A stretch of DNA of 64,000 nucleotides, taken from contig CAWENF010000014.1 of assembly GCA_963810275.1 (NCBI GenBank), positions 1-64,000 of the forward strand, given 5' to 3'. The position numbers were made by a program, and so were the translations under genes. This stretch comes from an uncultured archaeon (lineage in GTDB: Archaea > Thermoproteota > Bathyarchaeia > Bathyarchaeales > Bathycorpusculaceae). The stretch's first letter is position 1. Each line of letters starts with the position of its first letter. Positions 50,661 through 61,240 of this stretch are shown here, in pieces. The notes under the pieces are model-generated. The model ran no database searches, was not told the origin of the DNA, and saw nothing but the letters and a program-made list of their open reading frames with translations.

Positions 50661-51998
50661 ATGAAAGACGTTCCTGAAATCGTGCATGAACTTATTGAAG
50701 CATCCAAGAAGCATGAGCAGTACCGAGAGAAAGAATGCATAAACATGATCGCCAGTGAAGGCATAAAGTCCCCCGCCGTATGCCAGATGTTGGACATGAG
50801 CCACGACCTCGCCACCCGCTACGCTGAAGGCGAAAACGACGCCGAGGGTCATGTTAAGAAACGGTATTATCAGGGTCAAAAGTATATGAGCCAAATAGAG
50901 GACCTCGCCTGCGACGCTGTGAAAAGCTTATTTGGAACTAACTGGGCGGATGTCCGACTGATTTCTGGTACACACGCCAACACCGCCACCTTCAAAGGCC
51001 TTTCGTTGGCTTCCAAAAATAACAAGATGGTTGTAACACCATTGAGCTGCGGCGCACACATAAGCCATGACTACACGGGTTTAGCAGGCAGCATACTTGG
51101 CATAGACAATATCAACCACGTTTACGACATTAACGAGTTCAACATTGACGCTGAGAAATCTGCCTACGTCATCCGAGCTGCTAAACCAGGCATTGTCACC
51201 TTCGGCGGCAGCCTGTTTTTGTTCCCACACCCAATAAAAGAACTCAAGGCGGTCTGCGACGAAGTAGGCGCATACGTAGCATACGACGGAGCCCACGTCC
51301 TCGGCTTAATCGCAGGCGGACAATTCCAAGACCCCCTTCGCGAAGGCGCAGACTTCATAACAGCCTCCACCCACAAAACCTTCCCCGGACCACAAGGCGG
51401 CGTCATCATGGGCAACTCTGACTCTCCAGCAAAAGAAAAAGCCATCAAAAAAATCCAGCATGCAGTCTTCCCCCTAACAGCATCCAGCACACATCTCGGC
51501 AGACTTCCCGCATTGGGCATAGCCTGCCTTGAAATGAGCATTTTCGGCCAACAGTTGGCGGCGCAAATCGTCAAAAACGCTCAAACCGCAGGTCAATACC
51601 TCTTTGAGAACGGCGTCAAGGTGCTTGCCGAGCATAAAGGTTTCACACGCAGCCACCAAATCGCACTTGACGTCCGAAGCTTCGGCGGCGGCAACAAAAT
51701 CGCCCAAGACCTAGAAGACGCCAACATCATCCTAAACAAAAACTTGCTACCCTATGACGACCAAGCAGGAAAAGAAAACCCATCTGGTTTGCGTGTAGGC
51801 TTCCAAGATGTAACCCGCCATGGGATGATGGAAAGCGACATAAAGCTCCTCTGCGACTTGATGCTTGACGTCATCAAAGGCAAACGCACCCCCGCCGAAG
51901 TCAAGGTGGATGTGTTGGCGCTCAAAAGCGGGTTCTGCGGCGTCAAATACGGCTTCCAAACAGTCGAAGAAGCGATAAAATACGTCAAATCTGCTTAG
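50661..51998 (+). CDS. glyA: Serine hydroxymethyltransferase (archaeal type)
   Basis: NMIASE, RYAEG, RYYQG, YDGAHVLGLIAGG, STHKTFPGPQGG, NKN and SGLRVG. Confidence 0.96.
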   Translation: MKDVPEIVHELIEASKKHEQYREKECINMIASEGIKSPAVCQMLDMSHDLATRYAEGENDAEGHVKKRYYQGQKYMSQIEDLACDAVKSLFGTNWADVRLISGTHANTATFKGLSLASKNNKMVVTPLSCGAHISHDYTGLAGSILGIDNINHVYDINEFNIDAEKSAYVIRAAKPGIVTFGGSLFLFPHPIKELKAVCDEVGAYVAYDGAHVLGLIAGGQFQDPLREGADFITASTHKTFPGPQGGVIMGNSDSPAKEKAIKKIQHAVFPLTASSTHLGRLPALGIACLEMSIFGQQLAAQIVKNAQTAGQYLFENGVKVLAEHKGFTRSHQIALDVRSFGGGNKIAQDLEDANIILNKNLLPYDDQAGKENPSGLRVGFQDVTRHGMMESDIKLLCDLMLDVIKGKRTPAEVKVDVLALKSGFCGVKYGFQTVEEAIKYVKSA

Positions 51999-52079
51999 CC
52001 CCGAAATTGGGGTTTTCCTTTTGTTTTTTGATAAAACTTAATTAACAGTTTTTTTAATCTCATGGTGACTTGAACGGCT

Positions 52080-52364
52080 ATGCATATTGATTTGCTTTCA
52101 ATAATGTTCATTATTGTGGCTGTCGGCGCAGTGGTGCTATTCACTTTACTGCCAAGGTACGGTCCGCACTACACTTCGCGATTAACATGCCCAGTATGCA
52201 AGAAAACTTTTAATTTCCACTGGATACCCGGCGCAACCTTAACCTCACTTATCCGCCGTAACTACCGTGACCTAAAATGTCCCTACTGTCACCGCAAAGC
52301 CACATACGACGTAATGGTCACTCGAGTGCGCACGCCAAGACCTCTGAAAAAAGTCAAGGCGTAA
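52080..52364 (+). CDS. Membrane-anchored zinc-ribbon protein
   Basis: N-terminal TM helix with CPVC and CPYC pairs. GGTGA RBS. Confidence 0.8.
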   Translation: MHIDLLSIMFIIVAVGAVVLFTLLPRYGPHYTSRLTCPVCKKTFNFHWIPGATLTSLIRRNYRDLKCPYCHRKATYDVMVTRVRTPRPLKKVKA

Positions 52365-52449
52365 GCGTAGCAGCGCTCTGTTTGTTGTAGATGGATTTAT
52401 TATTTAGCAGTACAATCATTTTTCCTGTACCGATTCAGGTGAAATCTGC

Positions 52450-53636
52450 ATGAAAGTATTACTTAACGATGGTTTAGAGAAGGAAGGCTTAGCTATTTTC
52501 CAAGAAGCAGGCATCGAAACCGACACTAAAAAACGTGACCCCCAGCAGTTGGTCGCAGACATAGCCGGCTTCGACGCCATAGTAGTTAGAAGCGCCACCA
52601 AAGTCACCCGCGAAGTTATCGAGGCAGGCGCCAAAGGAAAACTCAAAATCATCGGACGCGCAGGCGTAGGCTACGACAACATCGACTCAGCCGCCGCCTC
52701 AGAAAATGGAATAGTCGTTAAAATCGCTCCATTTGGCAGCACCAACTCCGTCGCAGAACTCACAGTCGGGTTGATGATTGCAATTTCACGAAACACTCCC
52801 CAAGCACATCATTCACTCAAAAACGGTGTGTGGTTAAAGAAGAAAATGAAGGGCAGAGAACTCAAAGGCAAAACGATAGGGTTAATCGGCTGTGGGAGAA
52901 TAGGTCAGAAAGTCGCCCAAATCTCCAAACGGGGCTTTGACATGGAAATAATCGGCTACGATATTTGTCCTTGCCCAGAGAGCGGTATCAAATTCCTCGC
53001 CACCAAAGAAGAGGTCCTCAAAGAAGCAGATTATATCAGCGTGCATACAGGTGGCAAAGCAGTCATCATCGGCGCACAAGAACTCGCAGCCATGAAACCC
53101 ACCGCATACATTATCAACACCAGCAGAGGCAACAACATCGACCAACAGGCGCTGTACGCTGCACTCAAAGACGGTAAAATCGGCGGTTACGCAACCGACG
53201 TCTACAAAGAGGAACCCAAAATCGAAGGCGACCCCTTCAACGACAAACTAAAAGAACTTGCACAACGTCGTGTTAAGCAGCCACCTTGGCGCATCCACCG
53301 TTGAGGCACAACAGTGAAACTGCTACCGAAATGGCACGCGTGCTCTGCAGTTACTTGCTGGGTGGCGACTTTACTAACGCCGTTAATGCAGGCGAATGCA
53401 TCGAACTGGAAGAAAAAGAAATTTTCACGTTGTTTGTCCATCACAAAGACGTACCTGGAGTATTCGCTAACATTGACAAAGTATTAGCTGACAGCAACAT
53501 CAACATCCGAGCTAACTATTCTCGCCAAATCAACACTGGTTACGCCATCAGCGTATATGTATTACACCAGAAAGCGCCCGAGGAAGTCGTGGTCAAACTA
53601 AAAGCTATCCCCAACGTTTGCAGCGTAAAATCCTAA
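52450..53636 (+). CDS. serA: Phosphoglycerate dehydrogenase-like protein with C-terminal ACT domain; frameshifts near 53258 and 53311
   Basis: VRSATKV, GRAGVGYDNID, shifted HNVVLSSHLGAST, and ACT domain HKDVPGVFANI...NINI. Confidence 0.85.
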
Positions 53637-53693
53637 AAAAGCCCATTTTATTCAAAAGGGCATATTAACATCTTTTTCTTCTTTTCTGTAACC

Positions 53694-54362
53694 ATGAACC
53701 TTTGCGTGCTGTTTTCAGGAGGCAAAGACTCCACCCTCGCACTGCACATTGCAGCGCAAAAGGAAACTGTAGCTTGCTTAATTACCGTTGAGTCCAAAAA
53801 CGTCGAGAGCTTCATGTTTCATACTCCAAATATCGACATGACAACCATGCAGGCAGAGGCACTTGGGTTGCCGCTGGTCAAAGTGGAGACAGAAGGACAA
53901 AAAGAGGCTGAGTTGAGGATTTGGAGAGCGCCATCAATGAAGCTAAAACCCGCTACAGCATCAAGGGAGTAGTGACAGGCGCTGTTGAGTCGGTTTATCA
54001 GGCGTCTCGGGTGCAGCGCATCTGCAAGCAGACTGGATTTGTGGCAGTTTAATCCTCTTTGGAAAACAAACCAAAAACAGCTACTTGAAACACTCGTCGA
54101 AAAAAAGTTTGAAGTCATCATTTCAGGCGTGTTTGCTTATCCGCTAGATGGAAAATGGCTGGGAAAATGGATAAACTCCGAAATAATCGCCAAACTTGTA
54201 AGGCTCCAAGGCGAGTATGGCATAAGCCCAAGTGGGGAAGGGGGCGAAATTGAAACAACCGTATTGGATGCACCGATGTTCAGGCAAAAATTAGAATCAC
54301 AGAATCCGAAGCCAAATGGAGCGGCAGTTCAGGCGTATACCAAATCAAGCAGGCGAGGTTAA
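53694..54362 (+). CDS. Diphthine--ammonia ligase (Dph6/MJ0570 family); frameshifted
   Basis: LFSGGKDS, SFMFH, shifted GVVTGAVESVYQ, PLW and GEGGEIETTVLDAPMF. Confidence 0.88.
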
Positions 54363-54369
54363 CTCCGAA

Positions 54370-54914
54370 GTGATTATTGTTGTCGACATGAACTGGAAAC
54401 CCGACTCACTGGCTTTTAGCGAGTTTGTATCGCCCATCTTATCGGCAGTCGAAGGCATCGAACCTGTACTGGTCATGCATTACCTTGAATTGACCCTGCA
54501 GGACTTGAAGGAATGCAGCCGCATAATTCTATCAGGAACTACACTAAAGGATTTTGAGGCACAGAAGCACCTTGAAACGTTTGGGTGGCTGAAGGCCTGG
54601 GAGAAGCCTGTTTTGGGGATATGCGCAGGCATGCAAATCATCAGCCTCGTCTTTATGACGTGCCGTTGGCAGATTGCATGCAAGTGGGGATGACCGAAAT
54701 CGCTACAGCCAAAGAGAACCCACTGTTTGGAGGAACTTTTCAGGCATACACTCTTCATAGTCTCTCTGTAGCACCCTCAGATATCTTCGAAACTTTGGCT
54801 AATTCGGAAAATTGTATCCAAGCCACAAAACACAAACAAAAACCCATCTTCGGCGTTCTGTTCCACCCAGAAGTGAGAAACCCAGAGATACTAAAAAAAT
54901 TTGTTTTGATTTAA
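54370..54914 (+). CDS. Class I glutamine amidotransferase (GuaA-A/TrpG-like); frameshift near 54650
   Basis: IILSG, PVLGICAGMQ (catalytic Cys) and GVLFHPE (His/Glu). Confidence 0.85.
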
Positions 54915-55144
54915 CAAAAAAAAGAAAAATGGGGGTGGGTCAGCTTTTAGGTTGCTACTTACCCAGTTACTGACATCGGTAGGTCAAGTACATATATAGT
55001 GGTGTACGGTTGACGAATTCATCTGCGTTAAGCCGCATGAAGTCTCAGTAAAACGGCGGCTTCATTAAGTCACCTTAGAGCTTGGCAAAAAAAGTTAAAT
55101 GGCAAAACCACCTTTTTCAATAGTGAAGTTTTGGTGGAGTCATT

Positions 55145-57556
55145 TTGATTAACAAATTACCTGTTGAGAAACTACGCAACACCTGTAACGCAGACTTCTT
55201 GCACTGTGAATCCACAGCCGATTTGAAGCCCAGAACTGAAATCATTGGGCAAGAACGCGCCGTCCGAGCGCTCAAATTCGGGTTAGGTATAAAAAACCAC
55301 GGCTTTAACATGTACGTGGCAGGCTACCCAGGCACAGGCAGAAAAACCGCAGTGAAAAGCTTTGTAGAGGCACAGGCAAAGAAGCAGCCGGTGCCCAGCG
55401 ACTGGTGCTACGTCAACAACTTCGGCAACCAATATGAACCTAAAGCCATCGAGCTGGAGCCGGGCAGAGGCAAAGGGTTCAAAGAAGACATGAAAAACTT
55501 CATTGAAAACGTCAGAAACGATCTGCCTAAAGCGTTTGAAAGCGAAGACTACGCATCACGCCGAGAAGCTACCCTTAGTAACCTTGAAAAGCAACGCAAA
55601 CGCTTAATCGACGAGTTAAACGCTAAAGCCCAAAGTGAAGGTTTTGTTATTCAAACTACGCCTGTGGGGCTACTGCTTGTGCCAGTCTTGGATGGCAAAC
55701 CCCTTAGTGAGGAAGAAATGCTTGCTCTGCCACAGGAGACTAAGGATAAGCTATCTGAAAAACGCGAGAAGCTGGAGGGGCAGTTTCGTAATGCGATGCT
55801 TCAACTCATCGATATGGAACGTCAAATCCACGAGACACTCAAGAAGCTAAACAAAGAAGTGGCACTCTACGCCATCGGCAGCCAACTCCAAGGTCTATTG
55901 GACAAGTACCAAGGCAACACGCAGGTCACAGATTACCTCAAAGCTGTGGAAAAAGACATAATCGAGAATCTACCGCAGTTTGTAGGTAGAGGGGAAGAGA
56001 AAAAACAGCCTTTTCAGCTACCATGGATGCGTGAGGAGCCATACCGGAAATACGAAGTAAACGTTGTCATAGACAACTCGGAAACAAAAGGCGCCCCCGT
56101 AATTATGGAAACCAACCCCACTTACCCTAACCTGCTGGGCAAAACAGAGAAAGAAGCCCAATTCGGCGCCCTAAACACCGATTTTAGCATGATAAGGGGC
56201 GGTAGCATCCACAAAGCAAATGGCGGCTTCCTCATTGTCCCTGTCGAAGACCTCCTCAGAAACCCACTTGCCTACGACGGCTTAAAACGCGATCTAAAAG
56301 ACTCAAAAATGGCCATTGAGGAGCCCGAGGAACGCTACGGCTTTCTAAGCATAAAAACCATCAAGCCCCAACCTATACCTCTCACAGCCAAAGTCATCTT
56401 AATCGGCGACCCCAACCTTTACCAGATGATGTACAGCTTAGATCCTGACTTTCGCGAACTTTTTAAAATCAAAGCAGAATTCGACACCAAAATGCCCCGC
56501 ACCGACGAAAACGCCCGCCAATACGCCGCCTTAATCTGCGGACTATGTGAAAAAGAGGGAATGAGGCACATTGACGGCGGCGGCTTAGCCAAACTCATAG
56601 AGTACAGCAGCCGGCTTGTGGAGGACCAACAGAAGCTCTCCACTCAGTTCTCGCTTGTCGCCGACGTGATTAGAGAAGCAAACTTTTACGCTAACCAAGA
56701 AGATGCCAAACGCATAACTGCAAAAAATGTTGAGAAAGCGATTGAAGAAAAACTCTACCGCAGCAAACTAATCCAAGAAAAAATGCAGGAGATGGTTAAC
56801 CGTGGATTTTTCCTCATTGACACTTCTGAGGTTAAAGTGGGACAAATTAACGGACTCTCTGTGGCTGGACTTGGCGACTTCTCCTTTGGCATGCCCTCAC
56901 GCGTCACCGTCAGTATAGGGTTAGGCAAGGAAGGCATCATCGACATCGAGCGAGAAGCAAAAATGGGTGGCCCCATTCACACCAAAGGCGTCTTAATCTT
57001 AAGCGGCTACTTAAACGACAAATACGCACGCGACAAACCGCTTAGCCTAAGCGCCAGATTGGTATTCGAGCAAAACTATGGCGGCGTCGAAGGCGACAGC
57101 GCGTCCAGCACGGAACTATACAGCATCCTATCAGCACTTAGCGGCGTGCCCATAAAGCAGTTCTTTGCTGTCACTGGTTCTGTTAACCAGAAAGGTGAGG
57201 TACAAGCTATTGGAGGAGTAAACGAAAAAATTGAAGGCTTCTTTGAAATCTGCAAACTCAAAGGATTAACAGGCAATCAGGCGGTTATGATTCCAGAGAG
57301 CAATGTACAGAATCTCATGCTTAAAGAAGAAGTTCTAGATGCAGTCAAAGAAGGTAAATTCAGCATCTACTCAGTTAAATCAATCGACGAAGGCATCGAA
57401 GTCCTCACAGGCGTTAAAGCAGGTGTGCTTCGACAGGACGGCACCTACCCCGAAGGCACCTTGAACTATAAGGTAACTAAAGCGTTAGGAGAGATGGCTG
57501 AGAAACTAAAAAGCTACGCAGCCCCCGAGGCTAAGACGCCAGAACCAGACAAATAA
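55145..57556 (+). CDS. Lon-like (S16) protease, soluble LonC-type
   Basis: IIGQERA, GYPGTGRKT, HKANGGFL, VEGDSASSTE (catalytic Ser) and IGGVNEKIEGFF. Confidence 0.93.
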   Translation: MINKLPVEKLRNTCNADFLHCESTADLKPRTEIIGQERAVRALKFGLGIKNHGFNMYVAGYPGTGRKTAVKSFVEAQAKKQPVPSDWCYVNNFGNQYEPKAIELEPGRGKGFKEDMKNFIENVRNDLPKAFESEDYASRREATLSNLEKQRKRLIDELNAKAQSEGFVIQTTPVGLLLVPVLDGKPLSEEEMLALPQETKDKLSEKREKLEGQFRNAMLQLIDMERQIHETLKKLNKEVALYAIGSQLQGLLDKYQGNTQVTDYLKAVEKDIIENLPQFVGRGEEKKQPFQLPWMREEPYRKYEVNVVIDNSETKGAPVIMETNPTYPNLLGKTEKEAQFGALNTDFSMIRGGSIHKANGGFLIVPVEDLLRNPLAYDGLKRDLKDSKMAIEEPEERYGFLSIKTIKPQPIPLTAKVILIGDPNLYQMMYSLDPDFRELFKIKAEFDTKMPRTDENARQYAALICGLCEKEGMRHIDGGGLAKLIEYSSRLVEDQQKLSTQFSLVADVIREANFYANQEDAKRITAKNVEKAIEEKLYRSKLIQEKMQEMVNRGFFLIDTSEVKVGQINGLSVAGLGDFSFGMPSRVTVSIGLGKEGIIDIEREAKMGGPIHTKGVLILSGYLNDKYARDKPLSLSARLVFEQNYGGVEGDSASSTELYSILSALSGVPIKQFFAVTGSVNQKGEVQAIGGVNEKIEGFFEICKLKGLTGNQAVMIPESNVQNLMLKEEVLDAVKEGKFSIYSVKSIDEGIEVLTGVKAGVLRQDGTYPEGTLNYKVTKALGEMAEKLKSYAAPEAKTPEPDK

Positions 57557-57743
57557 TAACAACTAACCAGCCCTTCATTTTTTATCTATGTGTGAATAGC
57601 AGAAATTTACCGCCTTATTTCTTAGCAAATGGTGTTTTCTTTTACTTTTCGTGAGTGGTTGCTGAAGAATGGTTTTACTTGTCAACAGCTACAGCGACGC
57701 AACTATTATTAATACTTAATACACACTAAATTTTGGTGACAAC

Positions 57744-60116
57744 ATGACTTTTAATCCTGACATAAAAAAAACCCTGTCAACAAGACCCGCAATCAGCAGA
57801 GCAATAAAGCAGCCAACCTCAACCCGAAATAAAACTCCCGTTAGTATAGTAGTATCTTTAAAAGTACTAGACGAAGCAAAACCCGAAGACATTCAAAAAG
57901 GAATAGCGTATGCTTTTTCCAAAGGAGGCACATTTCTCGCAAAGGCAAACCTAACCCCCAAAGGAACCGCCCAGTTAACATTGAATTTACCCATTTCCGA
58001 GACCGCACAGTCAATACGAGTAATCGTTGGCCCAGATCTATCAGAAAAACAAACCGTAACTGAACTGCTACGCTTTGGAGGCGAACAAGTATATGTTCAG
58101 ATACCGCCAAAGATACGCCAACAAACCGCAGTTATTCAGGTAATCTCAAAGCAGATACTATGCTGGATTCTGAGCCGCTGCATAGTGCGTGGAACAGTCC
58201 TAAAAAGAGTGGTAAGCGGCGGAATCACATTGGATTTGCCTGTATGTGGAGCAACAGTCGAAGTCTACGAAGTTGACCCAGTATACCTTCTGATACCTAA
58301 ATTACCAATCGAAATTATCGAGCACATAAGAGAATTCATAACAAACCCCCCACCTCCTTGGCCCCCAATCAGAGAAATCATTCAGAAACAGCCCTCAATC
58401 GGCCCATTACCCCCACAACCTCTCGTGATAGGCAGCAACAAAATAAAAGAGATCTCAATTAACAAATCATTGGAACCGCAGATTTTAATGCAGAAAAGGA
58501 GCTGCATTAATGCCTCCGCATCGGAGGGTAACACACTTCAGGAAAACTCCACTGACAAAGACATGGCAAATCTACGAGTTTTAGCCCTAACCACCAACAC
58601 TGAACAATTCAGGCAAGTTTTAATAAATTACGCTGAAGTAACAAAATCCATCATATGCATGTTTCCTTTTGCAACGGCTCATATGGATCTAGTAGCGACA
58701 GCAGTAACTGCAGAATGCGGCAAATTTAAAGCAATGTTCTTCAGAGGATGTTACAACACAGACAAACCAGACCTCTATTTCAAGGTTAAACAAAAAATAT
58801 TCCCAACGTTCCCGCCAATTAACATCTATGCACCAACACCAGTGCTTTGCAACACATTCTGGAATTACCAATGCGGAACACAAGAAGTAACCCTTCACGT
58901 TACTCATCCACTTGCAAGAACCAATGCACCCTGCCAACCAGTAGATGCACCACTAAACTGGGTATTATTTATGGCAATCGGCAACCACCCACTAAGCAAA
59001 ATCCGTGGGACCAGCACCACACTTTCAGCATCAACAACCACCGACAACTTGGGCTTAACAGATACCGATGCGCCATTTGGAGAAACATTAAGGCCACGCC
59101 TCGAATTTGACAACAACCTGCGGGAAGACTTAGGCGTAAAATACTATCAAGTATCTTACCGCAAAGGAACCACAAGTGCTTTTGTTCCACTTACAGCCAC
59201 TATTAATCGACATTACACACATGAAATAGGCGACGACCTAGTGCTTGAAGTTTATAACCTTGGACCTAAATCCGAAAAAGCCCCGGGCGTACCCTTGGCA
59301 AACCAAAACCTCTTCGAAATCCCACCGGCACTTCCACCAACAGGTCAATGGAGCACACCTGACGCAGTTGAAGATACTGCCAGCGCTAAATTCCCAACCG
59401 TGAACTTGGCTGAACTTCATGAACCAGGCGTAATGTGGCCTGAAAGTGGATTATACCAAATCAAAGTTGACCTCTTTGACGCAGACGGACAAATAGTCAA
59501 CATCGATGCCCTGAACATAAAATACCGTATTCCATCATCAACAGATCTTTCAGGTACAATTGAAACCGAAGATGCCGCCAGCGGTCTGCTGGAAAATGGC
59601 GTACCTGCAAGTTCAGGATTAATCTATGATGACAACGGCGACGGTAAAAAAAGCATGATTATCACATTAAACATCGACAACAGCCTGTGCAAAGCGGAAA
59701 TCCCAGCACCAACACTTGACGGTGTAGCTGCAGGAGATGATTGTGGAGTAATGAAATACGATAGCGGACCAGGTCCACTAAAAGCCCCTGAAGGATCAGT
59801 GGAGCTATACTACAGACCAGAACATCCGCTTGGAGTCGGAACCAAAGGTTTTGCAACCTTCAGCTTCTCACTCACACGCGGAGGAAACCCTCAACAACTG
59901 ATAGATTCAGGCAGAACACCTTTACCCCCCGCAATTAACTCAGCAACTCGCACTTCCCAAGAAATCCTCGGATTCTGCGACACCGCAGGCTTTGTTGAAC
60001 ACATGCATGTCTATGCTATGGCTACTTCAGGCTGGCGTAGACTCCATGAGTACGACGCTCAAGCAGTAAGAGGATTTGTTTTAGCGCCAAAGGGTAAACA
60101 ACAAGGACCGACATAA
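57744..60116 (+). CDS. Large hypothetical protein (790 aa)
   Basis: Long intact ORF with a GGTGA RBS. Beta-rich with Pro-rich inserts. No family recognised. Confidence 0.85.
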   Translation: MTFNPDIKKTLSTRPAISRAIKQPTSTRNKTPVSIVVSLKVLDEAKPEDIQKGIAYAFSKGGTFLAKANLTPKGTAQLTLNLPISETAQSIRVIVGPDLSEKQTVTELLRFGGEQVYVQIPPKIRQQTAVIQVISKQILCWILSRCIVRGTVLKRVVSGGITLDLPVCGATVEVYEVDPVYLLIPKLPIEIIEHIREFITNPPPPWPPIREIIQKQPSIGPLPPQPLVIGSNKIKEISINKSLEPQILMQKRSCINASASEGNTLQENSTDKDMANLRVLALTTNTEQFRQVLINYAEVTKSIICMFPFATAHMDLVATAVTAECGKFKAMFFRGCYNTDKPDLYFKVKQKIFPTFPPINIYAPTPVLCNTFWNYQCGTQEVTLHVTHPLARTNAPCQPVDAPLNWVLFMAIGNHPLSKIRGTSTTLSASTTTDNLGLTDTDAPFGETLRPRLEFDNNLREDLGVKYYQVSYRKGTTSAFVPLTATINRHYTHEIGDDLVLEVYNLGPKSEKAPGVPLANQNLFEIPPALPPTGQWSTPDAVEDTASAKFPTVNLAELHEPGVMWPESGLYQIKVDLFDADGQIVNIDALNIKYRIPSSTDLSGTIETEDAASGLLENGVPASSGLIYDDNGDGKKSMIITLNIDNSLCKAEIPAPTLDGVAAGDDCGVMKYDSGPGPLKAPEGSVELYYRPEHPLGVGTKGFATFSFSLTRGGNPQQLIDSGRTPLPPAINSATRTSQEILGFCDTAGFVEHMHVYAMATSGWRRLHEYDAQAVRGFVLAPKGKQQGPT

Positions 60117-60301
60117 ACACATCTTTTTTCCCTTTTTTTATATAAAAATAATCAATAGATTGCTTTTCAGCCAGTTATGTTTACAAAAAAGATGTCGTTA
60201 GTATGTATCAGTCACAAATGCTTATACACCTAGCGGCGTGTCTTTAGTTTAAGCAAAAGGTAAAAGTCCAAAGGAAAAACCACCAAGCCTCGTAAGAGGA
60301 G

Positions 60302-60628
60302 GTGAAACATATTTCTAAAACATTGGCAAACATAGGCTTCATTTTGGCTTTAATCGGCAGTTTAATTCTGATAATAGTTGGAATAGGAGCAGCGCTTGGA
60401 ATCTTTTTTTTCATATTCTATCCACTGTACTCATTAGGCGCTTTTTTCTGGGGGATCGCCATGATTGTTGTAGGCATCTTAGCGGCAGGGTCTTCAAAAT
60501 TTGTCAGTAACGTTGGAGCAGCGATTTGGCTGATAATTCTCGCCATCATCGCAGGAATCTTCGGAGCCGGATTTGTAGCCTGGTTAATTGCAATCGGAGC
60601 AATACTCGGATTATTATCAAGGCTATAA
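60302..60628 (+). CDS. Small Gly-rich membrane protein
   Basis: About four hydrophobic segments. GAGGAG RBS before GTG. Confidence 0.8.
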   Translation: MKHISKTLANIGFILALIGSLILIIVGIGAALGIFFFIFYPLYSLGAFFWGIAMIVVGILAAGSSKFVSNVGAAIWLIILAIIAGIFGAGFVAWLIAIGAILGLLSRL

Positions 60629-60877
60629 CTTACACTATCGACGATTAGATACGAAGTAGCCAAATCAGAAAATAGAAGCCACCTGACACTGACCGTTTAT
60701 TACTGAATAAGCCTTGCCATAATCCACCTTTTTCCAAAAGTTTTTTGAGAAACGCCCAAAGTTTCCTTTACGGGAAATCGTCTTCGTATTTGTTTTGCGA
60801 GTTTTAAATTAAAGAAAGGTAAACTAAAAAAGGGAAAAATTAGCCACGCCTTATTTCGGTTAATAAAGCCTAAATTA

Positions 60878-61240
60878 TCAGTGTCTTTCAGTTCTTATTC
60901 CTACACGCATGCCTTCAAGATCTGAATCGGTAAGTTCTTCTTTAAGAATAACAGACTCTCCACTGATAGAGCCCATCTTGCTTGTTGGCAATGGCACGAT
61001 CTTCTTTTGTAGAAACCCCAGCTTTTTCACGTAGATTTGAAGTCTGCATCATCTTTACATCGACTACGTTAACAGTCCAGTTATTGTCGTCAATTTCAAC
61101 GTCTTCGACTTGGCCTATTCTTAATCCGCGTTTGGCATGCCTGTACGCACATAGGAGAGTTGGATTCGCTCTATGGCAAGGTAGTTTCTCTCTGATGAAA
61201 GTAAAGTGCGAATAAGAGCCAGTTGCGTGTTGTCATCCAA
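60878..61240 (-). pseudogene. Fused remnants: DUF202/YidH-like N-terminus plus PRC-barrel fragment
   Basis: 61240-61121 encodes MDDNTQLALIRTLLSSERNYLAIERIQLSYVRTG. An overlapping frame gives GLRIGQVEDVEIDDNNWTV, then shifts to KKIVPLP...SISGESVILK. Confidence 0.55.

Noticed and set aside
55047-55065. UGA readthrough (selenocysteine) in MKPPFY*DFMRL on the - strand
   Set aside because: No redox motif, SECIS-like element or Sec machinery seen in the window.
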